64,000 bases of DNA, taken from assembly GCA_043822125.1 (NCBI GenBank), contig JBDRCB010000004.1:8647-72646 (forward strand). The letters are read 5' to 3'. The position numbers and the translations under genes were made by a program. Below, piece by piece: positions 53,041-61,999 of this stretch. Position 1 is the stretch's first letter; every line of letters starts with the position of its first letter. Below the pieces are notes generated by a model, which was not told the DNA's origin, searched no databases, and saw only the letters and a list, made by a program, of their open reading frames with translations. The stretch comes from an archaeon. GTDB lineage: Archaea > Nanobdellota > Nanobdellia > Pacearchaeales > GW2011-AR1.

Positions 53041-53327
53041 TGGAAAACATATATGCAGCACTTTTGTTGCACAAAATCGGGAAAGAAATTAATGAAGCAA
53101 ATCTGAAAAGTGTTGTTGCAGCTGCTGGTGCAGAGATTGAGGAATCAAAGATAAAATCTCTTATTGCCAGTTTGAAAGGTGTTGACATCGCAAAAGAATT
53201 GGAAAACGCGAGTTTGGTTGCATCTGCTCCTGCAAGTGCTCCTGCACAAGCAAAGAAAGAAGAAGTAAAACCAAAGGAAGAAAAGAAAGAAGCTGCAGCA
53301 GAAGGTCTATCTGCCCTATTTGGTTAA
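53040..53327 (+). CDS. rpl12: ribosomal stalk protein P1 (L12e)
   Basis: [26 protein letters not shown]... Ala/Lys/Glu hinge and C-terminal EGLSALFG. Confidence 0.85.
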   Translation: MENIYAALLLHKIGKEINEANLKSVVAAAGAEIEESKIKSLIASLKGVDIAKELENASLVASAPASAPAQAKKEEVKPKEEKKEAAAEGLSALFG

Positions 53328-53435
53328 ATTTTTTAAGAGCAGATGGACTTAGCTTTTAATAGTTCTTACTTTAGTGATAACAAATATTTATAACTCCATT
53401 TTTCTGAAAATTATTATTAAATTAATTTTTAAAAG

Positions 53436-55358
53436 ATGTGGAGTCTCTATGAAAACAATAAATTTCTCGCACCTTTGAAGTTCTCCAACAGCAAAACACA
53501 GGAAGATGTTGTGAGAGAAGTTCTCGATGCTGTGAAACAAGGGGAAAAAATAATTTTTATTAAGGGTGTTTGTGGAACAGGAAAATCAGCAATTGCTTTG
53601 AATATTGCAAAGAAGCTTGGGAAAACTTCAGTAATTGTGCCGATAAAAAGCCTGCAATCGCAATATAAAAAAGATTATGAAAATAAAAAATATGTCTTAA
53701 AAGAAAATGGGGAGAAACTTAAAATTAGTATAATCACAGGAAGAAGCAACCACAAATGCAGATTTCTTGAGGAGAACCAAAAAACAATTCCGAAGATTAA
53801 AAAAGAAATTGATGCAAAACTTCATGATATATTTTACGGAAAAAGAGAAGAAATAAAAAAATTAGTCAGCGGGGATTTTTCTGCAAATAATAAAAATATT
53901 CCGTGTAAGATAGAAATAAGAGAAAGAAACTGGGATAAAATAAAAAAATATCTAAAACAGAACGAAAAAATCAATATAAATGATTTTAACAGCATCAAAG
54001 ATGTGAAAAGAATGTCTATTGCTACAATCTGCCCTTACTGGTGCCCTGTTCTGCCCGAAGAGTATGAAGCAAAAATTCTAGGAAAAACAGAAAAAAAATC
54101 TTACAAAGGATTAGACAAAAAAAAATTCACAATACACCAAAGAAAATCCGGATGCAGATTTTACGAGCAGTTTAATTCTTTTGTAGAATCAGATGTAATT
54201 GTTTTTAATTCAATGAAATATCTACTGGAATCTGTCTTAAACAGAAAACCCCTAACTGAAGTGGAGATTATAGATGAGTGCGACGAATTTCTTGATAATT
54301 TTTCAAATTACAAAACTATAAATATTGATAGATTGCAAAACTCGCTGATTCGTGCGGTTGTCAGTGGAGATGCAGAAAAAAATGCAAAAGAAATCGCAGA
54401 GGTTCTAAAGCAAATCAAAAAAAATTCAAAAATCAGGGAATCTGTTTTCTCGAGGGAGATTCTCCCATTAAAGGCAACAGGAATTTATGATTTGTTCAGA
54501 ATTTTCTTGGATTATCCTAATTTTCTTGAAGAGATAGATGAAGAGAGTTATATTTTTGATGTTCAGGAAACTGCTTTGGCCTTTAGGGATTTTCTCGATG
54601 AATCTTATGTCACTTTCAGCAAAAAAGAAGACAATCTCGTCGCTGAAATCGTAACAACTAATCTTGCTAAAAAATTTAAAGAGATGGCTGATAAAAATAA
54701 ATTAATTGTTTTGATGTCAGGAACACTTCATTCAGAAGAAGTGCTAAAAAATATCTTCGGTTTGGAGAATTTTAAAATAATAGAAGCTGAAACTGAAAGT
54801 CAAGGAAGAATCAGTGTTCTAAGAACAGGGTTGGAAATGGACTGTAAATATTCAAAAATGTCAAACAGCAATCGCGGAGATTATCTTAAAGCATTAAGCA
54901 GATGTGTGGAGATTTCCAAAAAGCCGGTTTTAATTCATGTCAACAGCTTCGGTGATCTACCTTCTGAAAATGAATTAGAAGAATTTAAAATAAAAAATTT
55001 AACCAGCAGAGAAAAATTAAAAGAAGTGCAGGAAGGAGATAAAATTGGAAGAGGTATTGATGAATTTAAAAATGGGAGTTTTAATATTTTATTCTCGACA
55101 AAATGCTCAAGAGGAATTGATTTTCCAGGAGAGCAGTGCAACAGCATTATTTTTACAAAATACCCATATCCTAATGTACAGGATGCTTTTTGGAAAATTC
55201 TCGCGAAGACAAAACCTCAGCAGTACTGGGCATTTTACAAAGATAAAGCACACAGAGAATTATGGCAGAAAATTTACAGAGGATTGAGGTCTAAAAAAGA
55301 TCATGTTTATGTTTTAAGCCCTGACTCGAGGGTGCTGGAAGAGTTTGAGAAAAAATAA
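53436..55358 (+). CDS. XPD/Rad3/DinG-like superfamily 2 helicase
   Basis: Walker A GVCGTGKSAIA, DExD-like IIDECDEF, a Cys-containing insert (HKCRF, IPCK, CPYWCP, GCRFY) consistent with an Fe-S domain, and C-terminal FSTKCSRGIDFPG. Confidence 0.7.
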   Translation: MWSLYENNKFLAPLKFSNSKTQEDVVREVLDAVKQGEKIIFIKGVCGTGKSAIALNIAKKLGKTSVIVPIKSLQSQYKKDYENKKYVLKENGEKLKISIITGRSNHKCRFLEENQKTIPKIKKEIDAKLHDIFYGKREEIKKLVSGDFSANNKNIPCKIEIRERNWDKIKKYLKQNEKININDFNSIKDVKRMSIATICPYWCPVLPEEYEAKILGKTEKKSYKGLDKKKFTIHQRKSGCRFYEQFNSFVESDVIVFNSMKYLLESVLNRKPLTEVEIIDECDEFLDNFSNYKTINIDRLQNSLIRAVVSGDAEKNAKEIAEVLKQIKKNSKIRESVFSREILPLKATGIYDLFRIFLDYPNFLEEIDEESYIFDVQETALAFRDFLDESYVTFSKKEDNLVAEIVTTNLAKKFKEMADKNKLIVLMSGTLHSEEVLKNIFGLENFKIIEAETESQGRISVLRTGLEMDCKYSKMSNSNRGDYLKALSRCVEISKKPVLIHVNSFGDLPSENELEEFKIKNLTSREKLKEVQEGDKIGRGIDEFKNGSFNILFSTKCSRGIDFPGEQCNSIIFTKYPYPNVQDAFWKILAKTKPQQYWAFYKDKAHRELWQKIYRGLRSKKDHVYVLSPDSRVLEEFEKK

Positions 55359-55426
55359 ATTAGAACGCCCGCCATAATTTAATCCTAGGGTTTAAATTAA
55401 CTACAATTTCCTAAACTGAGTAGAGA

Positions 55427-56134
55427 TCAAACATTAATCAACCTTTCAATATTCCCTGAAGTAACTAAAGCATAATCTTTTTTACTTAAGTTGAGAGTGT
55501 CAATCATAGCTAAAGAAACTCGTGGGTCACCAAAAGGATAATCACTTCCAAAAATTATTCTCTTAGATCCGAACCTTTGATGAATTTTTTTCAATATTAA
55601 AGCATATTGAATCCCAGAAATTTCAAAATAAACATTTTTAGGAAATTCATAATTATCTAAATTAAAAAAAGTTTTTGTTACAGAACCAGAATGAACGGCA
55701 ATAACCGGAACAGTTACTTTTCTTGCAAGATTTGATATCCTTAAAAGAGAAGAATATTCCTTGCTCTCGTTGGTATGAACAAATACAGGTTTGTTAATAT
55801 GATTAATAAAATCTAAAACTCTTGTATCATCAATATTGATCTGGCCTATATCTGGATGGAACTTAATTGCTTTATATCTTTCATCAATGAATTCAGGTAA
55901 GTCAAATACATTAAACCAATACACGGGAATAATTTTTCTATCTTTTTTTGATTCTCTAAGAACAGAATTATTATCCGGAGTTGTTTTTTCTGAAAAATTC
56001 TCAGATTTTCCAATAGGTGCTAGACAATACTTTTTAACTCCATTTTTTAGGGCTATATTTTTATATTCTTGAAAGCTTCCCCAAAGTTTTCCGCCTTGTG
56101 GTAAACCCCCAAAATGAACATGCGCATCAATCAT
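55427..56134 (-). CDS. amidohydrolase-fold metal-dependent hydrolase
   Basis: MIDAHVHFG start (HxH), later FHP and VHT/AVHSG histidines, GSDYPFGD near the C-terminus. Confidence 0.65.
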   Translation of the reverse strand: MIDAHVHFGGLPQGGKLWGSFQEYKNIALKNGVKKYCLAPIGKSENFSEKTTPDNNSVLRESKKDRKIIPVYWFNVFDLPEFIDERYKAIKFHPDIGQINIDDTRVLDFINHINKPVFVHTNESKEYSSLLRISNLARKVTVPVIAVHSGSVTKTFFNLDNYEFPKNVYFEISGIQYALILKKIHQRFGSKRIIFGSDYPFGDPRVSLAMIDTLNLSKKDYALVTSGNIERLINV

Positions 56135-56221
56135 ATTCTATTAATAAAAACCAAGATTATAAAACTTATCACAAATCATGCAACAATTTGTATATTAAAA
56201 TATGTAACAAAAAGTATGACA

Positions 56222-56313
56222 CGCCCCCGCCAGGAATCGAACCTGGATGCCCGTAGGCCCCGGTTGCTTGAAAAATTCTCAAGCCGGGTGCAATACCATT
56301 ATGCGACGGAGGC
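56222..56313 (-). tRNA. tRNA-Ser (anticodon UGA) with 13-nt intron at the canonical 37/38 position
   Basis: Minus-strand read: GCCTCCG TC GCATAATGGTATTGC A CCCGG CTTGAG[AATTTTTCAAGCA]A CCGGG GCCTACGGGCAT CCAGGTTCGATTCCTGG CGGGGGC G. It has a 12-nt variable arm and a G discriminator. Exon CTTG pairs with intron CAAG, leaving two 3-nt bulges (AG|A and CA|A), a relaxed bulge-helix-bulge. Confidence 0.7.
56265..56277 (-). other. tRNA-Ser intron (13 nt)
   Basis: Derived from the fold above. The upper helix is essentially absent (4-nt T loop), so this is a BHL-type motif. Confidence 0.6.
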
Positions 56314-56377
56314 GTAAGACGCTGAAGACGCGTATGTTGAACCACCTGCAAAACCGTGAGGCTTATGCGACGGAGGC
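56299..56377 (-). repeat. 15-nt perfect direct repeat of the tRNA-Ser 5' end, flanking a GC-rich 49-nt spacer
   Basis: ttatgcgacggaggc occurs at 56299-56313 (tRNA positions 1-15) and again at 56363-56377. The spacer contains a tandem aagacgc(t/g) duplication at 56316-56331. Confidence 0.8.
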
Positions 56378-56434
56378 AAATTTTTTTGAAATTTAATACT
56401 CAATTAAGAATCAATTAATATATTTTAAGGTTTT

Positions 56435-56710
56435 CTATAAACCAAGAAATCTTTTCCACAAGGGTTTTTTCACAACAAGAACAGGTTTATTTTCTGAATC
56501 ATAAAGTTCATGAGTTATCTTAGGTTTTTCCTTAAAGACAGGTGCTTTTTGTGCTAATTCCTGGTGTGCTTTCTCGAGAGAACCTTCAACCAAAACCCTT
56601 GAATACCCTTGATTTAGAAGCGCATATCTCAGTGTCTGGGAAGAATATCCTTTTTTCAGATTCTTCTTACAATAGTCAATAAGATTTCTTTTATATTCTC
56701 CTTCGCGCAT
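56435..56710 (-). CDS. hypothetical small protein
   Basis: 91-aa ORF. KKGYSSQTLRYALLNQGYSRVLVEGSLEKA resembles a small helical module common in uncultivated archaea. No function known to me. Confidence 0.35.
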   Translation of the reverse strand: MREGEYKRNLIDYCKKNLKKGYSSQTLRYALLNQGYSRVLVEGSLEKAHQELAQKAPVFKEKPKITHELYDSENKPVLVVKKPLWKRFLGL

Positions 56711-56740
56711 GTTATATTTATATAGAATGGGTTTAAAAAA

Positions 56741-58219
56741 TTAATTATTGATTTTTATTATCTTATTCTCTTCGTAGAATTTTGACGCCTGTTTTAATCT
56801 TGAGCGATTTTCAGAATAAATAGTGATTATCTTTTCCCCTTTTCTTACTTTCTCTCCTGCATTGAAATGCAAATAAACTCCAGCCCTTTTGTCTGACGGG
56901 CATCCTACAATTCTTGCAAGAAGATTTATTTTTTTATTATCTATTTCAGAAATTCTTCCGGATTTTGCTGAGTAAAAATCTTTTTTTAATTTTGCGGGCT
57001 GAAGTTTTTTAAAATCAAGGTCCCCTTCCTGAGCTTTAATTATCTGTTTAAATTTTTCAAATGCTTTTCCAGAATATAAAATATCCAGCGCCATCTTAAG
57101 CCCTTCTCCTTTTTTTGCTTTCCCTGTCATCTCCAAAAGTTCTGCTGAAAGGATTAATGCTCTTTTCTCGAGGAGCTTCGGCCCTTTTTGGTTCGGGTCT
57201 AAAATTTTTATTACATCAATCATTTCCAGAACAGGTCCTACTCCTTTTCCAACAGGGCCATTGTTTTTATTGATATTGCACTTTAATTTTTTGTTAAAAT
57301 ATTTTCCTAATTTTTCAAATTTTTTTTTGAGAGCCACTGCTTTTTGTCTATTTACTTTTGCTGTCCTTCCATATGGAATGTGTATTAATATATAGTTGCT
57401 TCCGACTGCGAGTTTTTTTGCCATGATTGAGGCGAGCATCTGTGATTCAGGGTCGATATTCAAAACTTTTTCAATCTGGATAATTATACTATCCGCAGGA
57501 ACCATTTCCAACCCTCCGCCCCACACCATGCATGCCCCTGTTTTCTGGATTATTTTTCTCAATTCCTTCATGGAAAAATCAACTCTTGCAATTGTTTCTA
57601 TAACATCTGCAGTTCCAGCCGGAGTTGTGATTGCTCTTGAAGATGTTTTTGGAAAAATCAGTCCGGCAGAAGCGCAGATTGAGACCACAATAGGGGTTGT
57701 CCTTCCAGGAACACCTCCGATAGAATGCTTATCGGCAATAAATTTTTTCTTAAGATTCAATAACTCTCCTGTTTTAAGAATCGCCTCAATTAAAAAAATA
57801 GTTTCATTCATGTTCAAGCCATATTTATACATCGCTGACACAAACATTGCAATTTCTGATTCAGACAAAGAATTATTGACTATGTCTCCTATTATTTCTT
57901 CAATTTCTTTTTTGCTTAATCTTCCATTGTTAAGTTTCTTTTTTATAAATGATAGGCTTTTGGGCGGCATTGCCAAAACAGCGTCGATTTTCTGTCCTTT
58001 TTTAAGGTTCAGTCTTTTTTTTATTTTATTTGAAACTGCTATTTCATCTTCCTTAACCCACTTATCTACTGTATTTACTATTGTAGACATCTCATGAGAA
58101 TTTGATTTCAAAAAAATTCTGTCTTTTATATGAACTCCTATCCGCTCAGCTGTTTTTTGATTTAGCATTGCTACTGGAACATCTGCATACCATTCAAGAA
58201 ATTTAACTTTTAACTCCAT
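56741..58219 (-). CDS. deoA: AMP phosphorylase (archaeal thymidine-phosphorylase family, DeoA-like)
   Basis: ~490 aa with the extra N-terminal domain typical of AMPpase. DKHSIGGVPGRTTPIVVSICASAGL and TGACMVWGG match family motifs. Confidence 0.8.
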   Translation of the reverse strand: MELKVKFLEWYADVPVAMLNQKTAERIGVHIKDRIFLKSNSHEMSTIVNTVDKWVKEDEIAVSNKIKKRLNLKKGQKIDAVLAMPPKSLSFIKKKLNNGRLSKKEIEEIIGDIVNNSLSESEIAMFVSAMYKYGLNMNETIFLIEAILKTGELLNLKKKFIADKHSIGGVPGRTTPIVVSICASAGLIFPKTSSRAITTPAGTADVIETIARVDFSMKELRKIIQKTGACMVWGGGLEMVPADSIIIQIEKVLNIDPESQMLASIMAKKLAVGSNYILIHIPYGRTAKVNRQKAVALKKKFEKLGKYFNKKLKCNINKNNGPVGKGVGPVLEMIDVIKILDPNQKGPKLLEKRALILSAELLEMTGKAKKGEGLKMALDILYSGKAFEKFKQIIKAQEGDLDFKKLQPAKLKKDFYSAKSGRISEIDNKKINLLARIVGCPSDKRAGVYLHFNAGEKVRKGEKIITIYSENRSRLKQASKFYEENKIIKINN

Positions 58220-58261
58220 CTTTTTTAAATATTATTCAAAAGGATTTTTATATTTATCTGA

Positions 58262-59287
58262 TTAACTATTAAAAATTCCTTTCCCCTGCTTTCCTCTGTA
58301 TAATTCAAGAATTATCAACAAATAAGCCAGAATCAGAGGGCCTAGTAAAAATCCTAAAATTCCAAAGAGGAAAAATCCCCCTATCATGCCTATTAAAATT
58401 AATGAAGAAGGTATGTGGGTTCTTTTTGAAACAATTATCGGCCTGAGGAAATTATCCATTGACGAGGAGAAAATTCCAAAAACTACAATTCCGACTGTCG
58501 CAAAACTATCTCCTGCTAAAATAAAATAAAGTGTAACAGGCAGCCAAATAAGTGCAGTTCCAATAATAGGGAGTATTCCCACGAGACATGCAAGAGCAGT
58601 TAAAAGCAGGGCATTCGGAACACCGAAAATATAAAACCCGATTCCAACCACAATTCCCTGGGCAAGCCCGATTAAAATCTGTCCATAGATAACTGCAGCT
58701 GTAATTGTTTTTGAAGAATCAAATAATTTTTTTTCAACATCTTTGGAAAAAGGCGATAAGCTCTTAAGATAGGAAATAAAAATCTCTTTATCCCTCAAAG
58801 CAAAAAAGAATGTAAAAAAAACCACCATAAGATGAAGTGCTATCTTAGGAAAATTCAAAATTAAATTTGAAAAAGAATTCATCAGAGAATTTGTTGTCTT
58901 TGTTACAAAAGAATGAGTTATAGAACCCATTTCATTTGCAAATGTATCTGAAGCAAACAGCGATGGAAATATGTTTTTAAGGATTCCCACAAAATCAATC
59001 TGCTGCGAAGCCATGTAAACTTTCAGCGACTGCTCGACAAATATCGGAGTGAGAAACCACATAGGCAGAACAATCAGCAAAATAAGAAGAACACACAAAA
59101 TAAATGCTGAGATATTTCCTGATTTTATATGCTTGTTGATAAAATTATAAACAGGAGCAAATGTAAATGCCATAATTAATCCCAATAAAATTGAAAGAAG
59201 AATTGGTTTGATTAAAAAAAAAGATAAAACTAGCAAGGCAACCAAAACAATCATCGTCACAATTTTTCTAAAATAATTCTCATCCAT
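58262..59287 (-). CDS. AI-2E (PerM/UPF0118) family transporter
   Basis: Eight-TM-like profile with GQILIGLAQGIVVGIGFYIFGVPNALLLTALACLVGILPIIGTALIWLP. Confidence 0.8.
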   Translation of the reverse strand: MDENYFRKIVTMIVLVALLVLSFFLIKPILLSILLGLIMAFTFAPVYNFINKHIKSGNISAFILCVLLILLIVLPMWFLTPIFVEQSLKVYMASQQIDFVGILKNIFPSLFASDTFANEMGSITHSFVTKTTNSLMNSFSNLILNFPKIALHLMVVFFTFFFALRDKEIFISYLKSLSPFSKDVEKKLFDSSKTITAAVIYGQILIGLAQGIVVGIGFYIFGVPNALLLTALACLVGILPIIGTALIWLPVTLYFILAGDSFATVGIVVFGIFSSSMDNFLRPIIVSKRTHIPSSLILIGMIGGFFLFGILGFLLGPLILAYLLIILELYRGKQGKGIFNS

Positions 59288-59363
59288 TCTTAAAAAATAA
59301 AGCAGTTCAAATTTATAAAGGTTTGGAGTAAAGTTTTATAAATAAAATTTATTATGAAGAAAT

Positions 59364-60059
59364 ATGAATTTCATAAAAAAATTATTTGATGGTAAAAAAG
59401 ATAAGATGATTCATCTGCAGTTTCAAAAATTTAGCAGAGGAGAATTCAGAAACCGAGCTATGATTGATGCAAAAAATTCAAAGGGAAATTACACTATTAA
59501 AACTTCTTCGGAATTTGCTAATGAATTAGTCAAGATTGCTGCTGAAAAAACAAAAAATGAAAAAACCAAAATTACAGGAGCGATTATATCCACAGGAGAT
59601 TTAACTGGAAAAATTGATTTCAAAGATAAAAAGCAATTTCAAGGAGTAAAAAAATATTTAATTGATAAAGAAATGTGTGGTGATGAAATTTTGAAAATTA
59701 TCGAAGAATTTCCAAAAGCTTTTTTTGCCTTAAGTTTTGAGGCAAGAGATGTAAAATTAAAAATAAAACCAAAAGCTCCAAAATCCGGCAAGCCAGGAAA
59801 AGAAAATGAAAATATTAAAGTGGATTTTTGCGTCTTAAAAACATCTGATGGAAATTTAGGGAGTAGTTTTGTTTTTGAAAAGCCGGATTTTAAAGAAGCA
59901 AAAATCTCCCATGTTTTTATTATTAATGAATTAATTGTTCCTCGTGAAGAAAAAGATTTTGAGAAAATAAGGGAAATAGCAAAAAGAAAGGGGAAGATAA
60001 TCAGGCACGCTGTTATTGACAGCGAAGAAATAATTTCAGAAAAGGAATTTGAAGCGTAA
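59364..60059 (+). CDS. hypothetical cytoplasmic protein
   Basis: 231-aa ORF, Lys-rich, no motif recognised. Confidence 0.45.
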   Translation: MNFIKKLFDGKKDKMIHLQFQKFSRGEFRNRAMIDAKNSKGNYTIKTSSEFANELVKIAAEKTKNEKTKITGAIISTGDLTGKIDFKDKKQFQGVKKYLIDKEMCGDEILKIIEEFPKAFFALSFEARDVKLKIKPKAPKSGKPGKENENIKVDFCVLKTSDGNLGSSFVFEKPDFKEAKISHVFIINELIVPREEKDFEKIREIAKRKGKIIRHAVIDSEEIISEKEFEA

Positions 60060-60096
60060 CAATAATCTTTAAAAACTTTAATTATCTATTTTAATA

Positions 60097-60729
60097 ATGA
60101 AAAGAGGATGTAAAAAAAATAAAATTTCAAACAGATTAAGTTATACTCTAATTGCAATAACAATAATAATTCTTGCTGGTGTCGGGGTTTATGCTGTTGT
60201 TGGTGTTAGCCACACTGCCGACGAACTTACAGGGGTTTGCAAAACCGACGGAACTGGCTGTTCTTGGGCTGTTTCTGGAAGCAATATTTACAGAAGTTCT
60301 GGGAATGTGGGGATTGGGACGAGTAGTCCAACAAAAGAATTAGATGTAATTGGAGATATTAACGCTGAACACATTAATGCCCAATATGGTATTACTGCTC
60401 AAAGAATTAGTGCTATGATTTTCTACGACCAAGATAATCAAAATTATCATCTTGACCCATATGGAACTTCTTATGTTTTAAATATCCAATCTAATGGTTA
60501 TTTTTATGGTAAGTTCAATTGTAGAACAGTAACTGCTAGTGGAACTAATTGGGCAACTGCTTCATGTAACTCTAATGAATTTTTAATGAATGGGGGATGC
60601 TACTCGCCTGGAGGGAATATGGCACAATGTGGCCCTCAAATGACTCCCTTCAACCCCAATATATGGATTGTAGGAGGGTCTGGAACTGTTAAAGCCTATA
60701 TTCAATGTTGTCGCACTTCTTTAAGTTAA
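60097..60729 (+). CDS. N-terminally anchored secreted protein with tail-fibre-like Gly-rich motif and Cys-rich C-terminus
   Basis: TM (LSYTLIAITIIILAGVGVYAVVGV). SGNVGIGTSSPTKELDVIGDI resembles a motif common in phage fibre-like and surface proteins. Six C-terminal Cys. Confidence 0.45.
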   Translation: MKRGCKKNKISNRLSYTLIAITIIILAGVGVYAVVGVSHTADELTGVCKTDGTGCSWAVSGSNIYRSSGNVGIGTSSPTKELDVIGDINAEHINAQYGITAQRISAMIFYDQDNQNYHLDPYGTSYVLNIQSNGYFYGKFNCRTVTASGTNWATASCNSNEFLMNGGCYSPGGNMAQCGPQMTPFNPNIWIVGGSGTVKAYIQCCRTSLS

Positions 60730-60845
60730 CAATATATAAGCTAAATTTAACCTTATCCAATATCAAACAAAAACCTTTATAAATTAACTTTTTTTCTGTA
60801 TCATATCCAGGGTAGATAAAATGTTTTCCGCAAAAACTTTAAGAA

Positions 60846-61784
60846 ATGCCTACAAGAAAATCACCGAGAAAAGGAAGTTTGCAGTTTTGGCCGAGAAAAA
60901 GAGCCAGTAAATTTTTGCCTAGAGTGAACTGGAATGCAATTAATTCTGGAAAAAATCTTAAAGGATTTATCTGCTATAAGGCAGGCATGGTTTCTGTAAT
61001 AGTAAAAGACAATACTCCTAATTCTATGACAAAGGGAAAAAACATCGCAGTTCCGGCGACAATTTTAGAATGTCCGCCGATGAAAATACTTTCAGTCAGA
61101 TTTTACAAAAATAAAAAAGTAATCGGAGAAGTGTTGGCTGACAATCTTGAAAAAGAAATTAAAAAGAAAATTAAAATTCCAAAAAATAAAAAAAAGAAAA
61201 TTGAAGATTTCAGCGATTATGACGATGTTAAAATCATCTGCTACTCTATTGTAAAAAAAACAGGAATTAAAAAAAATCCTGACATAAGTGAAATTGGACT
61301 TGCAGGAAATTTAGATGAGAAAATTAAACTAGTAAAGGAAAATTTAGGAAAAGAAATTTCTGCATTAAATGTTTTTGAAAAAGGGCAGTTAGTTGATTTA
61401 AGGGGCTTGACAAAAGGCAAGGGACTTCAGGGGCCTGTTAAAAGATTTGGTATTACACTTAAATCCCACAAATCAGAAAAAGGAGTCAGAAAACCAGGAA
61501 GCATAGGACCTTGGCATCCTGCACGAGTTACTTTTAGAGTTCCAATGGCAGGACAAATGGGGATGCAAACAAGAGCAGTTTACAACAGCAAGATAATTGA
61601 TATTGGAAAATCTGAAGAAAAATTCAAAAGTATAATTCACTTCGGAGACATTAAAACAGATTATGTAATTATATCTGGTTCTGTTCAGGGACCTGCAAAA
61701 AGACAACTGATTATTACTGCTCCATTAAGAGAAACAAAAGAGCAAAAAAAGAAAAATTTTGAATTGGTAGAGGTTTTGAGATGA
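60846..61784 (+). CDS. rpl3: ribosomal protein uL3
   Basis: PRKGSLQFWPRKRA, GYKAGM, TKGKGLQGPVKRFG. Confidence 0.9.
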   Translation: MPTRKSPRKGSLQFWPRKRASKFLPRVNWNAINSGKNLKGFICYKAGMVSVIVKDNTPNSMTKGKNIAVPATILECPPMKILSVRFYKNKKVIGEVLADNLEKEIKKKIKIPKNKKKKIEDFSDYDDVKIICYSIVKKTGIKKNPDISEIGLAGNLDEKIKLVKENLGKEISALNVFEKGQLVDLRGLTKGKGLQGPVKRFGITLKSHKSEKGVRKPGSIGPWHPARVTFRVPMAGQMGMQTRAVYNSKIIDIGKSEEKFKSIIHFGDIKTDYVIISGSVQGPAKRQLIITAPLRETKEQKKKNFELVEVLR

Positions 61785-61999
61785 GATCAACTAGCAACAC
61801 AATCCCAGAATTTAATCTAAAAAAAATAATTGAACTTAGAGATGAAATTTTAGAGAGATATAATACAGAGGAAACAATTACCCAAAGAAGAATAGATTTT
61901 TTAACAGAACAATATAGAAATATTTACTTCAAAGCAAGTAGGATGGGAAGAGATTTATCTAATTACCCCGCACCAGAAAATTTATGGAGCAAACAATGA
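61781..61999 (+). CDS. 72-aa hypothetical ORF between uL3 and uL4
   Basis: MRSTSNTIPEFNLKKIIELRDEILERYN...NLWSKQ. Its ATG overlaps the uL3 TGA, and its TGA overlaps the uL4 ATG at 61996 (ATGA). Confidence 0.4.
   Translation: MRSTSNTIPEFNLKKIIELRDEILERYNTEETITQRRIDFLTEQYRNIYFKASRMGRDLSNYPAPENLWSKQ

Noticed and set aside
56114-56351. Two ORFs (67 aa on +, 60 aa on -) over the GC-rich patch
   Set aside because: The GC-rich patch is a tRNA-Ser gene plus its leader. The ORFs are by-products of stop-poor GC-rich RNA-gene sequence.
56314-56377. Idea that the 15-nt repeat marks a 64-nt non-canonical intron in the D-arm region of tRNA-Ser
   Set aside because: If both splice sites sat at equivalent positions in the direct repeat, a bulge-helix-bulge would need a self-complementary 4-mer just upstream of the site. 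None of the 4-mers in GCCTCCGTCGCATAA is palindromic. The proximal copy already gives a complete cloverleaf.
57396-58097. 233-aa ORF on the + strand
   Set aside because: It is antisense to the AMP phosphorylase gene and its sequence looks non-protein-like. This is a shadow ORF.
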